This document shows, one piece after another, positions 28,441-39,439 of a stretch of 64,000 nucleotides of DNA. Position numbers and translations under genes: made by a program. The notes beneath the pieces are model-generated. The model was given only the letters and a program-made list of their open reading frames with translations, had not been told where the DNA came from and made no database searches. Within the stretch, counting starts at the first letter, position 1. The number at the start of each line of letters is the position of its first letter. The DNA comes from Pseudomonadota bacterium (GTDB lineage Bacteria > Bdellovibrionota_G > JALEGL01 > DATDPG01), in the NCBI GenBank assembly GCA_043809315.1, contig JAZDDX010000007.1:71076-135075 (forward strand), in the 5' to 3' direction.

Positions 28441-29034
28441 ATGAAATTACCCCGTTATTCCTGGCTACTGCTCCTCGCCGCCGCCGCCTGTTCGCGCCCC
28501 ACCGATCTCGCCGGTCGTCCGGTCAGCCCCTACCACGACATCGAACTCCGGATGACGAAGGAGGCGCGATTCATCGGTCTCGAGAAGGTCCGATATCTGA
28601 CGAGCGCGGTTTTCAAGAGCCGTGCGCTGCGGGAGGGGTACGTCGAGGAGTACGCGAGAAGATACGAACTTCCTCCGACCGAACGCGAGAAACTCCGCAA
28701 GCGGGAACTGGAGGAGGCGGACAAATTCGACGTCTTCCTCGTCTCGCACTTCGCCACCGACAAGGACACCGGCAAGCTGACGCAGGAGGCGAAGGTCTGG
28801 CGCCTCGCCCTCGTCGCCGACGGAAACGAAGCGGAGGCGATCGAGCCGGATTATGTCGGCGCCCTGGACTCCACGGATACGGTTCTGCGCTATTTTTATC
28901 CGCAGATTACCGCGTGGTCGAAGGTCTTTCTCGTGAAGTTCAAACGTCGTGGGGATCCGGCCCGCCTGGAACTCCGGATGGCCGGTGTCGTCGACACGGT
29001 TTCCTTCGACTGGAATCTCGGAAAAGGGAGCTGA
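28441..29034 (+). CDS. Hypothetical lipoprotein
   Basis: Lipobox LLLLAAAAC. Confidence 0.7.
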   Translation: MKLPRYSWLLLLAAAACSRPTDLAGRPVSPYHDIELRMTKEARFIGLEKVRYLTSAVFKSRALREGYVEEYARRYELPPTEREKLRKRELEEADKFDVFLVSHFATDKDTGKLTQEAKVWRLALVADGNEAEAIEPDYVGALDSTDTVLRYFYPQITAWSKVFLVKFKRRGDPARLELRMAGVVDTVSFDWNLGKGS

Positions 29035-29038
29035 CTCT

Positions 29039-30337
29039 GTGCACAAATCGTTCATCACCATCTCCGAAATCCCCCGGTTCGAAGGGCGCGAGGTCTCGCT
29101 GCGCGGCTGGCTGTACAACATGCGCTCCGGCAAATCGATCCACTTTCTCCAACTGCGGGACGGAACCGGGATCGTCCAGTGCCTCCTCGAAAAAGGGAAG
29201 GCCCCCGAGCCGATCTTCGAGGCGGCCCAAGCCCTGACGCAGGAATCATCGCTGACCGTGACGGGAACGGTCCGCCGGGACGCCCGCTCCCCGCTCGGGT
29301 TCGAGGTGGCGCTTACTTCCTTCGAGATCCTCGGAGGGGCCAAGGACTACCCGATCTCGCCGAAAGAGCACGGCACGGCGTTTCTCATGGACAACCGGCA
29401 CCTCTGGCTCCGGTCCCGGAAGCAGCATGCGACGCTCACGATCCGGGCTGAAATCGTCCGCGCCATCCGCGAGTTCTTCGACGGACGAGGTTTCGTGAAC
29501 CTCGACGCTCCGATCTTCACCCCCGCCGCCTGCGAGGGGACCTCGACCCTGTTCGAAACCGACTACTTCGGCCAGAAGGCGTACCTCACGCAGAGCGGAC
29601 AGCTTTACATGGAAGCCGGGGCGATGGCGTTCGGGAAGGTTTACTGTTTCGGCCCGACCTTCCGCGCGGAAAAATCGAAGACGCGGCGGCATCTAACCGA
29701 GTTTTGGATGGTGGAGCCCGAGGTGGCGTTCGCCGATCTCGAGCAGAACATGGTGCTGGCCGAGGAGTTCGTCGTCTCGATCGTCGCGCGCATCCTGGAC
29801 CGCCGGAAAGAAGAGCTCAAGGTGATCGAGCGGGACACCTGCCCCCTCGAGAACGTGAAGAGCCCCTTCCCTCGCATGAGTTACGCCGATGCGATCGGTG
29901 TCCTTCAAAAGGCGGGGGCCCCGATGAAATGGGGGGACGATTTCGGCGGGGACGAGGAGACGATCCTCACGAAACAGTTCGACCGCCCGATCCTGGTCCA
30001 CCGGTTCCCGATGGCGAACAAGGCGTTCTACATGAAAGAGGACCCGACCGATCCGAAGCTCTCGCTCTCGGTCGACCTCCTGGCGCCGGAAGGGTACGGG
30101 GAGATCATCGGCGGCGGACAGCGTGAGGATTCGCTCGAAAAGCTCGAGAAGAAGATCGCCGAACACAAACTCCCTCGTCAGGCGTTCGAGTGGTATCTCG
30201 ACCTCCGGCGGTACGGTTCTGTCCCCCATGCCGGTTTCGGCTTGGGTCTGGAACGTACCGTGGCCTGGATCTGCGGATTACACCACGTACGGGAGACGAT
30301 CCCGTTCCCGAGAATGATGGAACGTCTGGTTCCTTAA
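29039..30337 (+). CDS. asnS: Asparagine--tRNA ligase
   Basis: [62 protein letters not shown] 29039. Confidence 0.96.
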   Translation: MHKSFITISEIPRFEGREVSLRGWLYNMRSGKSIHFLQLRDGTGIVQCLLEKGKAPEPIFEAAQALTQESSLTVTGTVRRDARSPLGFEVALTSFEILGGAKDYPISPKEHGTAFLMDNRHLWLRSRKQHATLTIRAEIVRAIREFFDGRGFVNLDAPIFTPAACEGTSTLFETDYFGQKAYLTQSGQLYMEAGAMAFGKVYCFGPTFRAEKSKTRRHLTEFWMVEPEVAFADLEQNMVLAEEFVVSIVARILDRRKEELKVIERDTCPLENVKSPFPRMSYADAIGVLQKAGAPMKWGDDFGGDEETILTKQFDRPILVHRFPMANKAFYMKEDPTDPKLSLSVDLLAPEGYGEIIGGGQREDSLEKLEKKIAEHKLPRQAFEWYLDLRRYGSVPHAGFGLGLERTVAWICGLHHVRETIPFPRMMERLVP

Positions 30338-30438
30338 GCCGCTACGATCAGAACCAGAACGTCGCGCCGAGACGGTCCAGGCGAAAACGCCCTTCGCCGT
30401 CAGGACGATCAACAAACTAGGTGGCTGGTATTGTTGTG

Positions 30439-31533
30439 TTATTTCGGATCAAAAAGGGTCTCGTCGACTGTAAACCCCTGTGCCTTGGCCTGGGACAGGA
30501 ACGACGGGTGTTGCCCGGTCGGGATGTGCCGGCCGACGATCTTCCCTTTTTCGTCGACCGATTGAACCTCGTAGACAAAGAGATCGGTGACGGTGAAGTT
30601 TCCTTCCTCCGTGAGATCCCCCACTTCCGAAATGTGCGTGATCTTCCGGGAACCATCCCGCAGCCGGGCGGCCTGAACGATCACCTCGATCGCGGAAGCG
30701 ACCTGACTCCGAAGCGCGCGCCACGGCAGCGCAACATCCGACATGAGCGCCAGGGTCTCGAGACGGGCCAGGGCCCCTCTCGGTGTGTTGGCGTGAACGG
30801 TCGCCATCGATCCGGAGTGGCCGGTGTTCATCGCCTGCAAGAGATCCATCGCCTCGCCGCCGCGGACTTCGCCGATCACGATCCGGTCGGGGCGCATCCG
30901 GAGGGAGGCCCGCAGAAGATCGCGGATGGCGATTGCGCCGGTCCCGTCCGGCTCGGCGGCGCGCGTTTCCATCGTAAGGAGGTGATCCTGCTGGAGTTGG
31001 AGCTCCCCTGCGTCCTCGATGACGACGATCCGCTGGTCTTTCGGGATCAGGGTCGAGATGACGTTCAAGAGCGTTGTTTTTCCGGAGGAGGTTCCGCCGG
31101 CAACGATCGTGTTCTTCGCAAGGGCAGCGGAAAGGTTCAGGAACTTCGCCATCCCGACCGAAAGGGCTCCTGCGTCGACGAGCTGCTTCATTGACAACGA
31201 TTGACGACCGAACTTCCGGATCGAGACGTAGACCCCTTTCCGGGCGATGGGGGGGACCATGACGTGAACCCGGGAGCCGTCGGGAAGCCGGGCGTCCATC
31301 ATCGGGTGGTTCGCGTCGACCGCCCGCCCGACGGTCTGGGCGATCCTCCTCGCCGCCGCCATCAACTGCTCCTCGTCCTCGAACGTGACGGGGGTTTTGT
31401 ACAGTTTCCCCTTCTTTTCGACATAGATCTGGGCGTGCCCGTTGATCATGATTTCGCTGATCTCGGGGTCGTTTAAGAGCGGAGCGATCGGCTGGAGAAA
31501 CCCGGCCGTCGCTTCGGAAAAGAAATCGGCCAT
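30439..31533 (-). CDS. cpaF: CpaF/TadA family secretion ATPase (orphan)
   Basis: DARLPDGSRV, SIRKF, GGTSSGKTT, LRMRPDRIVIGEVRG, MNTGHSG..T.HAN. Confidence 0.9.
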   Translation of the reverse strand: MADFFSEATAGFLQPIAPLLNDPEISEIMINGHAQIYVEKKGKLYKTPVTFEDEEQLMAAARRIAQTVGRAVDANHPMMDARLPDGSRVHVMVPPIARKGVYVSIRKFGRQSLSMKQLVDAGALSVGMAKFLNLSAALAKNTIVAGGTSSGKTTLLNVISTLIPKDQRIVVIEDAGELQLQQDHLLTMETRAAEPDGTGAIAIRDLLRASLRMRPDRIVIGEVRGGEAMDLLQAMNTGHSGSMATVHANTPRGALARLETLALMSDVALPWRALRSQVASAIEVIVQAARLRDGSRKITHISEVGDLTEEGNFTVTDLFVYEVQSVDEKGKIVGRHIPTGQHPSFLSQAKAQGFTVDETLFDPK

Positions 31534-31597
31534 GGGGGGAGTGTATCAGGCCTTCGTTCGGTTGCCTTCAACTTCCCCCAGGGTAAGATCCCTTTCT

Positions 31598-32404
31598 ATG
31601 GCACGTCGTTTCTTTTTCCTGGTCCCGGTTCTGGCCCTCCCCTTCTCCGCCTGCGTTACGAAGGGGGCGCACAACGAGACGCTGGCGGAGAACATCCAGC
31701 TCTCCTCTAACCTCGGAACTCTCCAGAAGGAGCGCGACACGCTGAAAGCCCAGCTCGACGATGCGACGAAGAAGCTTTCGGCTCTCGAAACCCGGAACGA
31801 AGAGCTATCGAACACGAACCAGATGCTGGTCGGGAAGAACGCCGATTACGCCCGGAAGTCGACGGAGGTTCAGCAGGAGCTTCTGAAGCGGCAGCAGGAA
31901 GGGATGGTCCCGGAGGAGCAGAAACAGTTCTTTTCGAAAACGTACGACGAGTTGTTGAAAGGACTCCGGACCGACATCGCGGCCGGGGAGGTAAAGATCG
32001 TCCAGGATACGGATCATCTGACGATCCAGATCGCGTACGACGCCCTCTTCTCGCCTGCGAATCTGAAGATCCTGGCGAACGGACAGAAGCTGCTGAAACG
32101 GGTCGCAAGCGTTTTGAAGACGAAAGAGAAGCAGATCCAGGTCGGGACCTATGTCGATGACGGGCCGATCCCGGCGGGGATCAAGAAGACGTTCCCGAGC
32201 GGCTGGGAGCTCTCCGCCGACCGGGCTGCGCACGTGGCGCGTTTTCTCGAGGACAATGACGTCAATGCCGCTCGACTTGCGGCGATCGGGTACGGAACGC
32301 ACCGACCCATTGCCGCTAACGATACCGCCGACGGGCGGAAGAAGAACCGGCGGATCGAGATCGTGTTGACCTCGATTTCGAACGCTCCGTCGAAGAAACC
32401 ATGA
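31598..32404 (+). CDS. OmpA/MotB-family lipoprotein with coiled coil
   Basis: Lipobox FSAC, coiled coil, WELSADRA..V, GYG..RP, NRRIEI; ATG 31598. Confidence 0.85.
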   Translation: MARRFFFLVPVLALPFSACVTKGAHNETLAENIQLSSNLGTLQKERDTLKAQLDDATKKLSALETRNEELSNTNQMLVGKNADYARKSTEVQQELLKRQQEGMVPEEQKQFFSKTYDELLKGLRTDIAAGEVKIVQDTDHLTIQIAYDALFSPANLKILANGQKLLKRVASVLKTKEKQIQVGTYVDDGPIPAGIKKTFPSGWELSADRAAHVARFLEDNDVNAARLAAIGYGTHRPIAANDTADGRKKNRRIEIVLTSISNAPSKKP

Positions 32405-33117
32405 GGCGATCGATCCTTCCGCTGATCGTCGTATCACTGCTCTCTCTCGCATCGGCTGAGCCAACACCGACCCCTGATCCCACGCCCAACGCCCAGGTCG
32501 AGGCCTTGTTTTCCAAAGCCGGCAGCCTTCGAGATGCGGGAAAATTGGATGCGGCGATCGAGCTCTACGAACGAATCATCCGGGAGCATCCCCTGGCGAC
32601 GTATTCCTCGGAGAGCGAGATGGCACCCGTGTTGTACAAGAATTCCGCGGCTTCGGGGATTCAGTTCCTGAAGTGCAGAAAGAGGCGAGCGGAGGACTTT
32701 GCGGCGGCGACGCCGGAGGAGTTCGGCCGCTTGATTCGAAAAGCGATCGAAAAGAGAGATGTTGCCGGCCTGGAGCGGATGGCATCCTGTCAATTCAATC
32801 TCGGGGCATCGAATACAGATTGGGCCTGGGACGTCCTCCCGCAAAACGTCATGCCCACCATCCTGCAGATCGGCGAACGGTTGGACTGGACGACCCCCCA
32901 ATTATCGGACCCCAATTCTCTGTCCTACGTGGATGTCAAAGTGAGAGAGAAAAAGAGGGACGGGGTGAAATCCGCCCCGGCGACGTACGCCTTCTCTCTT
33001 GTAAAGAACAGCTTGAAGGGATGGTCCTGGCGCGGTTTCTCTTCCAATGACCGCGCTGCTGTAACCAGGCTCGACGACCGGTGCGCGGACGCCATGTTCA
33101 AGCCGTGCAAGAAGTGA
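32401..33117 (+). CDS. Secreted hypothetical protein with one TPR-like helix pair
   Basis: Signal peptide ..LASA, PTPTP linker, AAIELYERIIREHP; 4-bp overlap with the upstream gene. Confidence 0.6.
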   Translation: MRRSILPLIVVSLLSLASAEPTPTPDPTPNAQVEALFSKAGSLRDAGKLDAAIELYERIIREHPLATYSSESEMAPVLYKNSAASGIQFLKCRKRRAEDFAAATPEEFGRLIRKAIEKRDVAGLERMASCQFNLGASNTDWAWDVLPQNVMPTILQIGERLDWTTPQLSDPNSLSYVDVKVREKKRDGVKSAPATYAFSLVKNSLKGWSWRGFSSNDRAAVTRLDDRCADAMFKPCKK

Positions 33118-33286
33118 CCGGCCAAATCCGGGATTGAGTATTTTAAAGTTGTAGTTCAGAAATCTCAAAGCTGGGGGGTCTGGATTCGCGTCACCTTCGC
33201 TGACACCTTGGCCTTCGTCCGAACCTATACGGTGCAGAACAGATTGGCAGAGCATCCAAGAAACAATGGCTCGCTCAAATTGAGTA

Positions 33287-33315
33287 TTGAAAAAGGCATG
33301 GTTTTTCACTAGTAT
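33287..33315 (+). promoter_or_regulatory. Sigma-70-like promoter TTGAAA-N17-TAGTAT overlapped by inverted repeat TGAAAAA-N7-TTTTTCA (33288-33308)
   Basis: Read from the AT-rich segment; -10 ends 12 nt before the GTG of the ATPase. Confidence 0.55.
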
Positions 33316-33327
33316 ACTATTGAAAAC

Positions 33328-34644
33328 GTGAAACCGAACCTAACGAGCTTGAATTCTTGGTGGATGAGTGGGGGGCTTTCGCAAGATCCAGATCTTCAGA
33401 AGGCATCCACGCTGAAGATCACCTATGATCCAGCCCCTTTTGTGCCGGAGGATGTGCGAGAGCCGAACGTCTACACTCTCCGCGGACCCCGCCGGGTCGG
33501 AAAAACCACCTCGCTCAAACGATTCATCCGGCTCCTCATCGAGCAACACCATTATCCACCCCGGTCGATCGTCTGGTGCACGGCCGATACCTGCCGAACT
33601 CTGCGTCAGCTCGAGGATCTCGTCCAGATCGCCCTCGACTCCCCGGCGGGAGATCCGACGAAGCTGATTCTGATCGATGAGATTACCTCCGTTCCGGAGT
33701 GGCAACGGGTACTGAAGAAAGTCCGGGACGGAAATGCAGCTGCGCAATCCACCTGTTGGATCGTCACCGGGTCTTCCGCTGCCGATATCCGGCGAGGGGC
33801 TGAACGGATGCCGGGACGCCGGAGGGCGCTTACTTCGACCATCTCATCGATCGACCGCCTGTTGCTTCCGATGACGTTTCCTCAGTTTCTTCATGCCACC
33901 TCACTTCCGGAACCGAAAGGTTTGGAGATCTTTTTCGAAGTGGGGGGATTCCCCGCCATCGCCGCATGCGCTTCTGCCGAGCAGCGCTCCTTCCTCGAAC
34001 AGCGTCTGCGCGAACAACGGGATGCCCTTTTTTCCGACTTCGAGCGGCGAAAATTTGATCGTGTGATCGCGGAGGAGCTGATTGCCGCCTTGGCGCTCCA
34101 AGGGACAACCGCGACCAGTTGGGAAGCGTTCGGAAAACAGTTCTCCTCGGCCTCCCGGGACACCGCTCGGGCCTATGTCCGGGCGGCCGGGGAAAGTTTC
34201 CTGCTGGCCACGTATTGGGGATTCGACACGGGACGGAATCGTGTAGCGCTCAAACGGGATCGGAAGCTCCTTTGGATTGACCCGGCGCTCTTCCGCCTGG
34301 CGCCGACATCAAATCCACGCCCTGAGTTGATCGCCGAGGGGGTGACCGGCGCAAAGCTTCTTCGCGAATTCGACGACGATCTTCACGAGGGATTGCACCA
34401 ATCCCGAACGGTCTTCACTTGGAAGAGCGCTGCTCGAAACGAGATCGACTTCCTGGTGGTGAAGGGGAGGCGCAAGCTGCCGGTCGAAGTCAAATGGCAG
34501 GAACGAATCTCGGCATGGGATTTGGCAGGAATGGAGCGGGCATTCGGTACGGGGATTTGTGTCACCAAAAAGGATTTGGACCTGGGTCGGAAAACCAGAG
34601 TGATTTCACTCGAGCGGTTTTTGTGCGAATCGGCCGTCATCTGA
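33328..34644 (+). CDS. AAA_14/DUF4143-type ATPase with C-terminal PD-(D/E)xK domain
   Basis: GPRRVGKTT, LIDEI, TGSS, GR, PMTF, GGFP, EIDF...PVEVKW. Confidence 0.9.
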   Translation: MKPNLTSLNSWWMSGGLSQDPDLQKASTLKITYDPAPFVPEDVREPNVYTLRGPRRVGKTTSLKRFIRLLIEQHHYPPRSIVWCTADTCRTLRQLEDLVQIALDSPAGDPTKLILIDEITSVPEWQRVLKKVRDGNAAAQSTCWIVTGSSAADIRRGAERMPGRRRALTSTISSIDRLLLPMTFPQFLHATSLPEPKGLEIFFEVGGFPAIAACASAEQRSFLEQRLREQRDALFSDFERRKFDRVIAEELIAALALQGTTATSWEAFGKQFSSASRDTARAYVRAAGESFLLATYWGFDTGRNRVALKRDRKLLWIDPALFRLAPTSNPRPELIAEGVTGAKLLREFDDDLHEGLHQSRTVFTWKSAARNEIDFLVVKGRRKLPVEVKWQERISAWDLAGMERAFGTGICVTKKDLDLGRKTRVISLERFLCESAVI

Positions 34645-34648
34645 CTTC

Positions 34649-34676
34649 TTGACTTGTCTGGATCGAATCATATAAG
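34649..34676 (+). promoter_or_regulatory. rpsB operon promoter TTGACT-N16-TATAAG
   Basis: Lies directly upstream of the rpsB leader. Confidence 0.6.
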
Positions 34677-34691
34677 TTGCGCCGCTTTTTA

Positions 34692-34808
34692 ACGACACAC
34701 GCTGTCGCCATAACTAGTCGTTATGGTTGGATTTTCCACCCCTCGGGTGTTCTCGAAAGAGGATTGGGGGACCTTCGATCGAAGGTTGGGCAGCGGAGGC
34801 TTAACCAA
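34692..34808 (+). ncRNA. rpsB leader (t44/S2 autoregulatory element)
   Basis: ACACACGCTGTC...GGGCAGCGGAGGCTTAACC bracket, internal hairpins CCATAAC/GTTATGG and ACCTTCG/CGAAGGT, GGGT loop; directly upstream of rpsB. Confidence 0.8.
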
Positions 34809-34823
34809 AACCAAAGGAGTAGT

Positions 34824-35636
34824 ATGCCGATCAGCGTTCGTGACTTGCTCGAGGCGGGAGCCCATTTCGGCCACCGCACCCACCGTTGGAACCCCAAAAT
34901 GCGCCCGTACATTTACGGCGCCCGGAACGGGATTCACATCATCGACCTCGAAAAGACCGCCAAGCTCTGGGCGAAAGCCGAGAAGACGATCATCGACACC
35001 GTCTCGCGGGGACAGAAGGTCCTCTTTGTGGGAACCAAACCGCAGGCTCAGGAGATCATCGCCGAGGAGGCGACCCGGGCGAACCAGCACTTCGTCAACC
35101 GGCGCTGGCTGGGGGGGATGCTCACCAACTTCAAGACGATCAAGACCCGAATCGACCGCCTGCGCGATCTCGAAAACCTGAAGACGTCGGATCAGATCCA
35201 GCGGATCACAAAGAAAGAAGCCGGTGAACTGGAAAAGCTACGGGAGAAGCTCGCCAGGGCCCTGAACGGGATCACGACCATGGCAAGCGTTCCCGGCTTG
35301 GTAGTCGTCGTCGACCCGGGGAAAGAGCACATCGCCCTGAGCGAGGCGATGAAACTCCAGATCCCTCTTGTGGCGATCATCGACACCAACTGCGACCCGG
35401 ACGGGATCGAGTTCCCGGTCCCCGCCAACGACGATGCATTGAAGTCGGTCCGCCTCTTCCTGCAAACGGCTGCCGATGCGTGCCTCGAAGGGGCGCGGGT
35501 CTTCGAGCAGAAGATCCAGGAAGAAACCCGGCGCAGGATGGAAGCCGACGCCAAACGTGCAGCGGCGAAGGCCGCGGTGATCGCCGCCCCGGTCATTGAA
35601 ACCACCCCGGAGCCCCTCGCGGTGGCCCAGGAATAA
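34824..35636 (+). CDS. rpsB: 30S ribosomal protein S2
   Basis: LLEAGAHFGH..RWNPKM, LFVGTK, RWLGGMLTN, DTNCDP, PANDDA. Confidence 0.98.
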   Translation: MPISVRDLLEAGAHFGHRTHRWNPKMRPYIYGARNGIHIIDLEKTAKLWAKAEKTIIDTVSRGQKVLFVGTKPQAQEIIAEEATRANQHFVNRRWLGGMLTNFKTIKTRIDRLRDLENLKTSDQIQRITKKEAGELEKLREKLARALNGITTMASVPGLVVVVDPGKEHIALSEAMKLQIPLVAIIDTNCDPDGIEFPVPANDDALKSVRLFLQTAADACLEGARVFEQKIQEETRRRMEADAKRAAAKAAVIAAPVIETTPEPLAVAQE

Positions 35637-35648
35637 GGAGCGAAGCGT

Positions 35649-37532
<1,884 letters not shown>

Positions 37533-37543
<11 letters not shown>

Positions 37544-38294
37544 GGCTCCGGCCATCCCCCGTCACATCGCGATCATCATGGATGGCAACGGCCGGTGGGC
37601 GAAGACCCATCGGCTGGCTCGCATCCGTGGGCACCGACGCGGGATCGAGATCGTGCGGGAGATCGTCACCGCTTGTCGCCAGCTCGGCGTCGAGGTTTTG
37701 ACTCTCTACGCCTTCTCCGAAGAAAACTGGCGCCGCCCCGCTATGGAGGTGACGGCGCTCATGGCGCTTCTGAAACGGTTCCTCGTCTCGGAGCGGAAGC
37801 TCTTCTTCGACAACGGCGTCCGCCTCCGGGCCATCGGCGATTTGGGAAAGCTCCCGAAAGATGTCCACAAGACGCTCGACGAGACGATGGAGATGACGAA
37901 GCGCTACGACGGCTTGACCCTCGTCCTCGCCCTTTCTTACGGCGGAAGAGAGGAGATCGTGCGTGCAGTCCGTTCGATCGCCAAGAGGGCGGCCGACGGT
38001 ACTCTCAAACCAGCATCCATCGATGCCGACACGATCACGCGGAGCCTCGACACGGCGGAGTTCCCCGACCCCGATCTGATGATCCGGACGAGCGGCGAAT
38101 ACCGGACGTCGAATTTCCTCCCGTGGCAGGCGATCTACACCGAACTGTACGTCACGCCGACCCTGTGGCCCGACTTCAACCGCGAGAAGCTCCTGGAAGC
38201 GATCGCCGATTTCGGACGGCGCGAGCGGAGGTTCGGGATGACGAGCGAGCAGTTGCCGCGAAAAGGAGCGGAACAATGGCACGCCGGCCGATAG
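37533..38294 (+). CDS. uppS: Undecaprenyl diphosphate synthase
   Basis: HIAIIMDGNGRWA, YAFSEENW.RP, IRTSGEYRTSNFL, RERRFG. Confidence 0.97.
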
Positions 38295-39439
38295 CGATCC
38301 TCGGCTCGACCGGTTCGATCGGGACGACCGCTCTTGGCGTCGCCTCGAAATACCCCGACCGGTTCGAGGTGATCTCCCTCGCGGTGGGGGAGAATGTCGA
38401 ACGAGCCGTCGATCAGGTCCGGAAGTTCCGGCCGAAGCTGGTTTCCACCCGCACCGAAGAAGGGATGCGGAAACTCCGCGAAGCCACTTCCACAGTGACC
38501 GGCGTCGAATACACGTTCGGCGTCGAGGGGGCCGAGCGGGTCGCCACCCATCCGAACGTTCACACCGTCCTCTCCGCGATCGTCGGCGCCGCCGGCCTCC
38601 GTCCGACCGTCGCAGCCATTCAAGCGGGGAAGACGATCGCTCTCGCGAACAAGGAGTCGATGGTCGTGGCCGGGGCCCTGGTGAGCCGGCTCGCGCGGGA
38701 GAAAGGGGTCCGGATCCTTCCGGTCGACAGCGAGCACAGCGCGGTTTTCCAATCGATGGCCGGTGCGGAACCGTCGTCGATCCGGCGCCTGATTCTGACC
38801 GCATCCGGCGGACCGTTCTTCTTAAAGAAGGGGCTCGACCTTTCCAAGGTGACGCGAACGGAGGCGTTGGCGCATCCGAACTGGCAGATGGGAGAGAAGA
38901 TCACGATCGACTCGGCGACCCTGATGAACAAGGGACTCGAGGTGATCGAAGCGCACTGGCTGTTCGGCTTCCCCCCCTCGAAGATCGACGTCGTGGTTCA
39001 CCCCCAATCGGTCATCCACTCGATGGTCGAGTACATCGACGGCTCGGTCGTCGCGCAGTTGGGCGTCCCCGACATGGCCGGCCCGATTGCGCTGGCGCTG
39101 GCTTATCCGGATCGCCTCGACGGCGTCATGGAGCGCGTCCCGTTCACGAAGCTCAAGGAACTCACCTTTTTCGAGCCGGATCACGGCCGCTTCCCGGCGA
39201 TCCGCCTCGCCCGGACGGCGTTGGAGTCGGGGGAGACCCATCCGGCGGTCTTGAACGGGGCGAACGAGGTAACCGTCCGGGGGTTCCTCGACGGCAAGAT
39301 CGGCTTCCTGGAGATCTCCCGAATTAACGGGGACGTGTTATCCTCGTACCGACAGAAGCGGGCGGTCACCCTCGAGGACTACATCGCGGCGGACGAGTGG
39401 GGCCGCGCACGCGCCACCGAAATCATCTCAAAAGCATGA
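38276..39439 (+). CDS. dxr: DXP reductoisomerase
   Basis: LGSTGSIG, LANKES, PVDSEH, LTASGGPF, HPNW.MG.KITIDSATLMNKGLE. Confidence 0.97.
   Translation: MARRPIAILGSTGSIGTTALGVASKYPDRFEVISLAVGENVERAVDQVRKFRPKLVSTRTEEGMRKLREATSTVTGVEYTFGVEGAERVATHPNVHTVLSAIVGAAGLRPTVAAIQAGKTIALANKESMVVAGALVSRLAREKGVRILPVDSEHSAVFQSMAGAEPSSIRRLILTASGGPFFLKKGLDLSKVTRTEALAHPNWQMGEKITIDSATLMNKGLEVIEAHWLFGFPPSKIDVVVHPQSVIHSMVEYIDGSVVAQLGVPDMAGPIALALAYPDRLDGVMERVPFTKLKELTFFEPDHGRFPAIRLARTALESGETHPAVLNGANEVTVRGFLDGKIGFLEISRINGDVLSSYRQKRAVTLEDYIAADEWGRARATEIISKA

Noticed and set aside
30338-30438. Possible small hydrophobic ORF or Flp pilin downstream of cpaF (LLIVLTAKGVFAWTV...)
   Set aside because: No Flp G|xxxxEY motif and no convincing start or SD.
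32902-33309. 135-aa minus-strand ORF across the AT-rich spacer
   Set aside because: Half of it is antisense to the secreted-protein gene and it has no motif or SD; at most a remnant.
37595-38275. Apparent 227-aa N-terminal extension of Dxr; similar extensions on mutY, cinA, rpsB and the CPBP protease
   Set aside because: These lie over the upstream genes or the leader RNA; family homology begins at the internal starts given.
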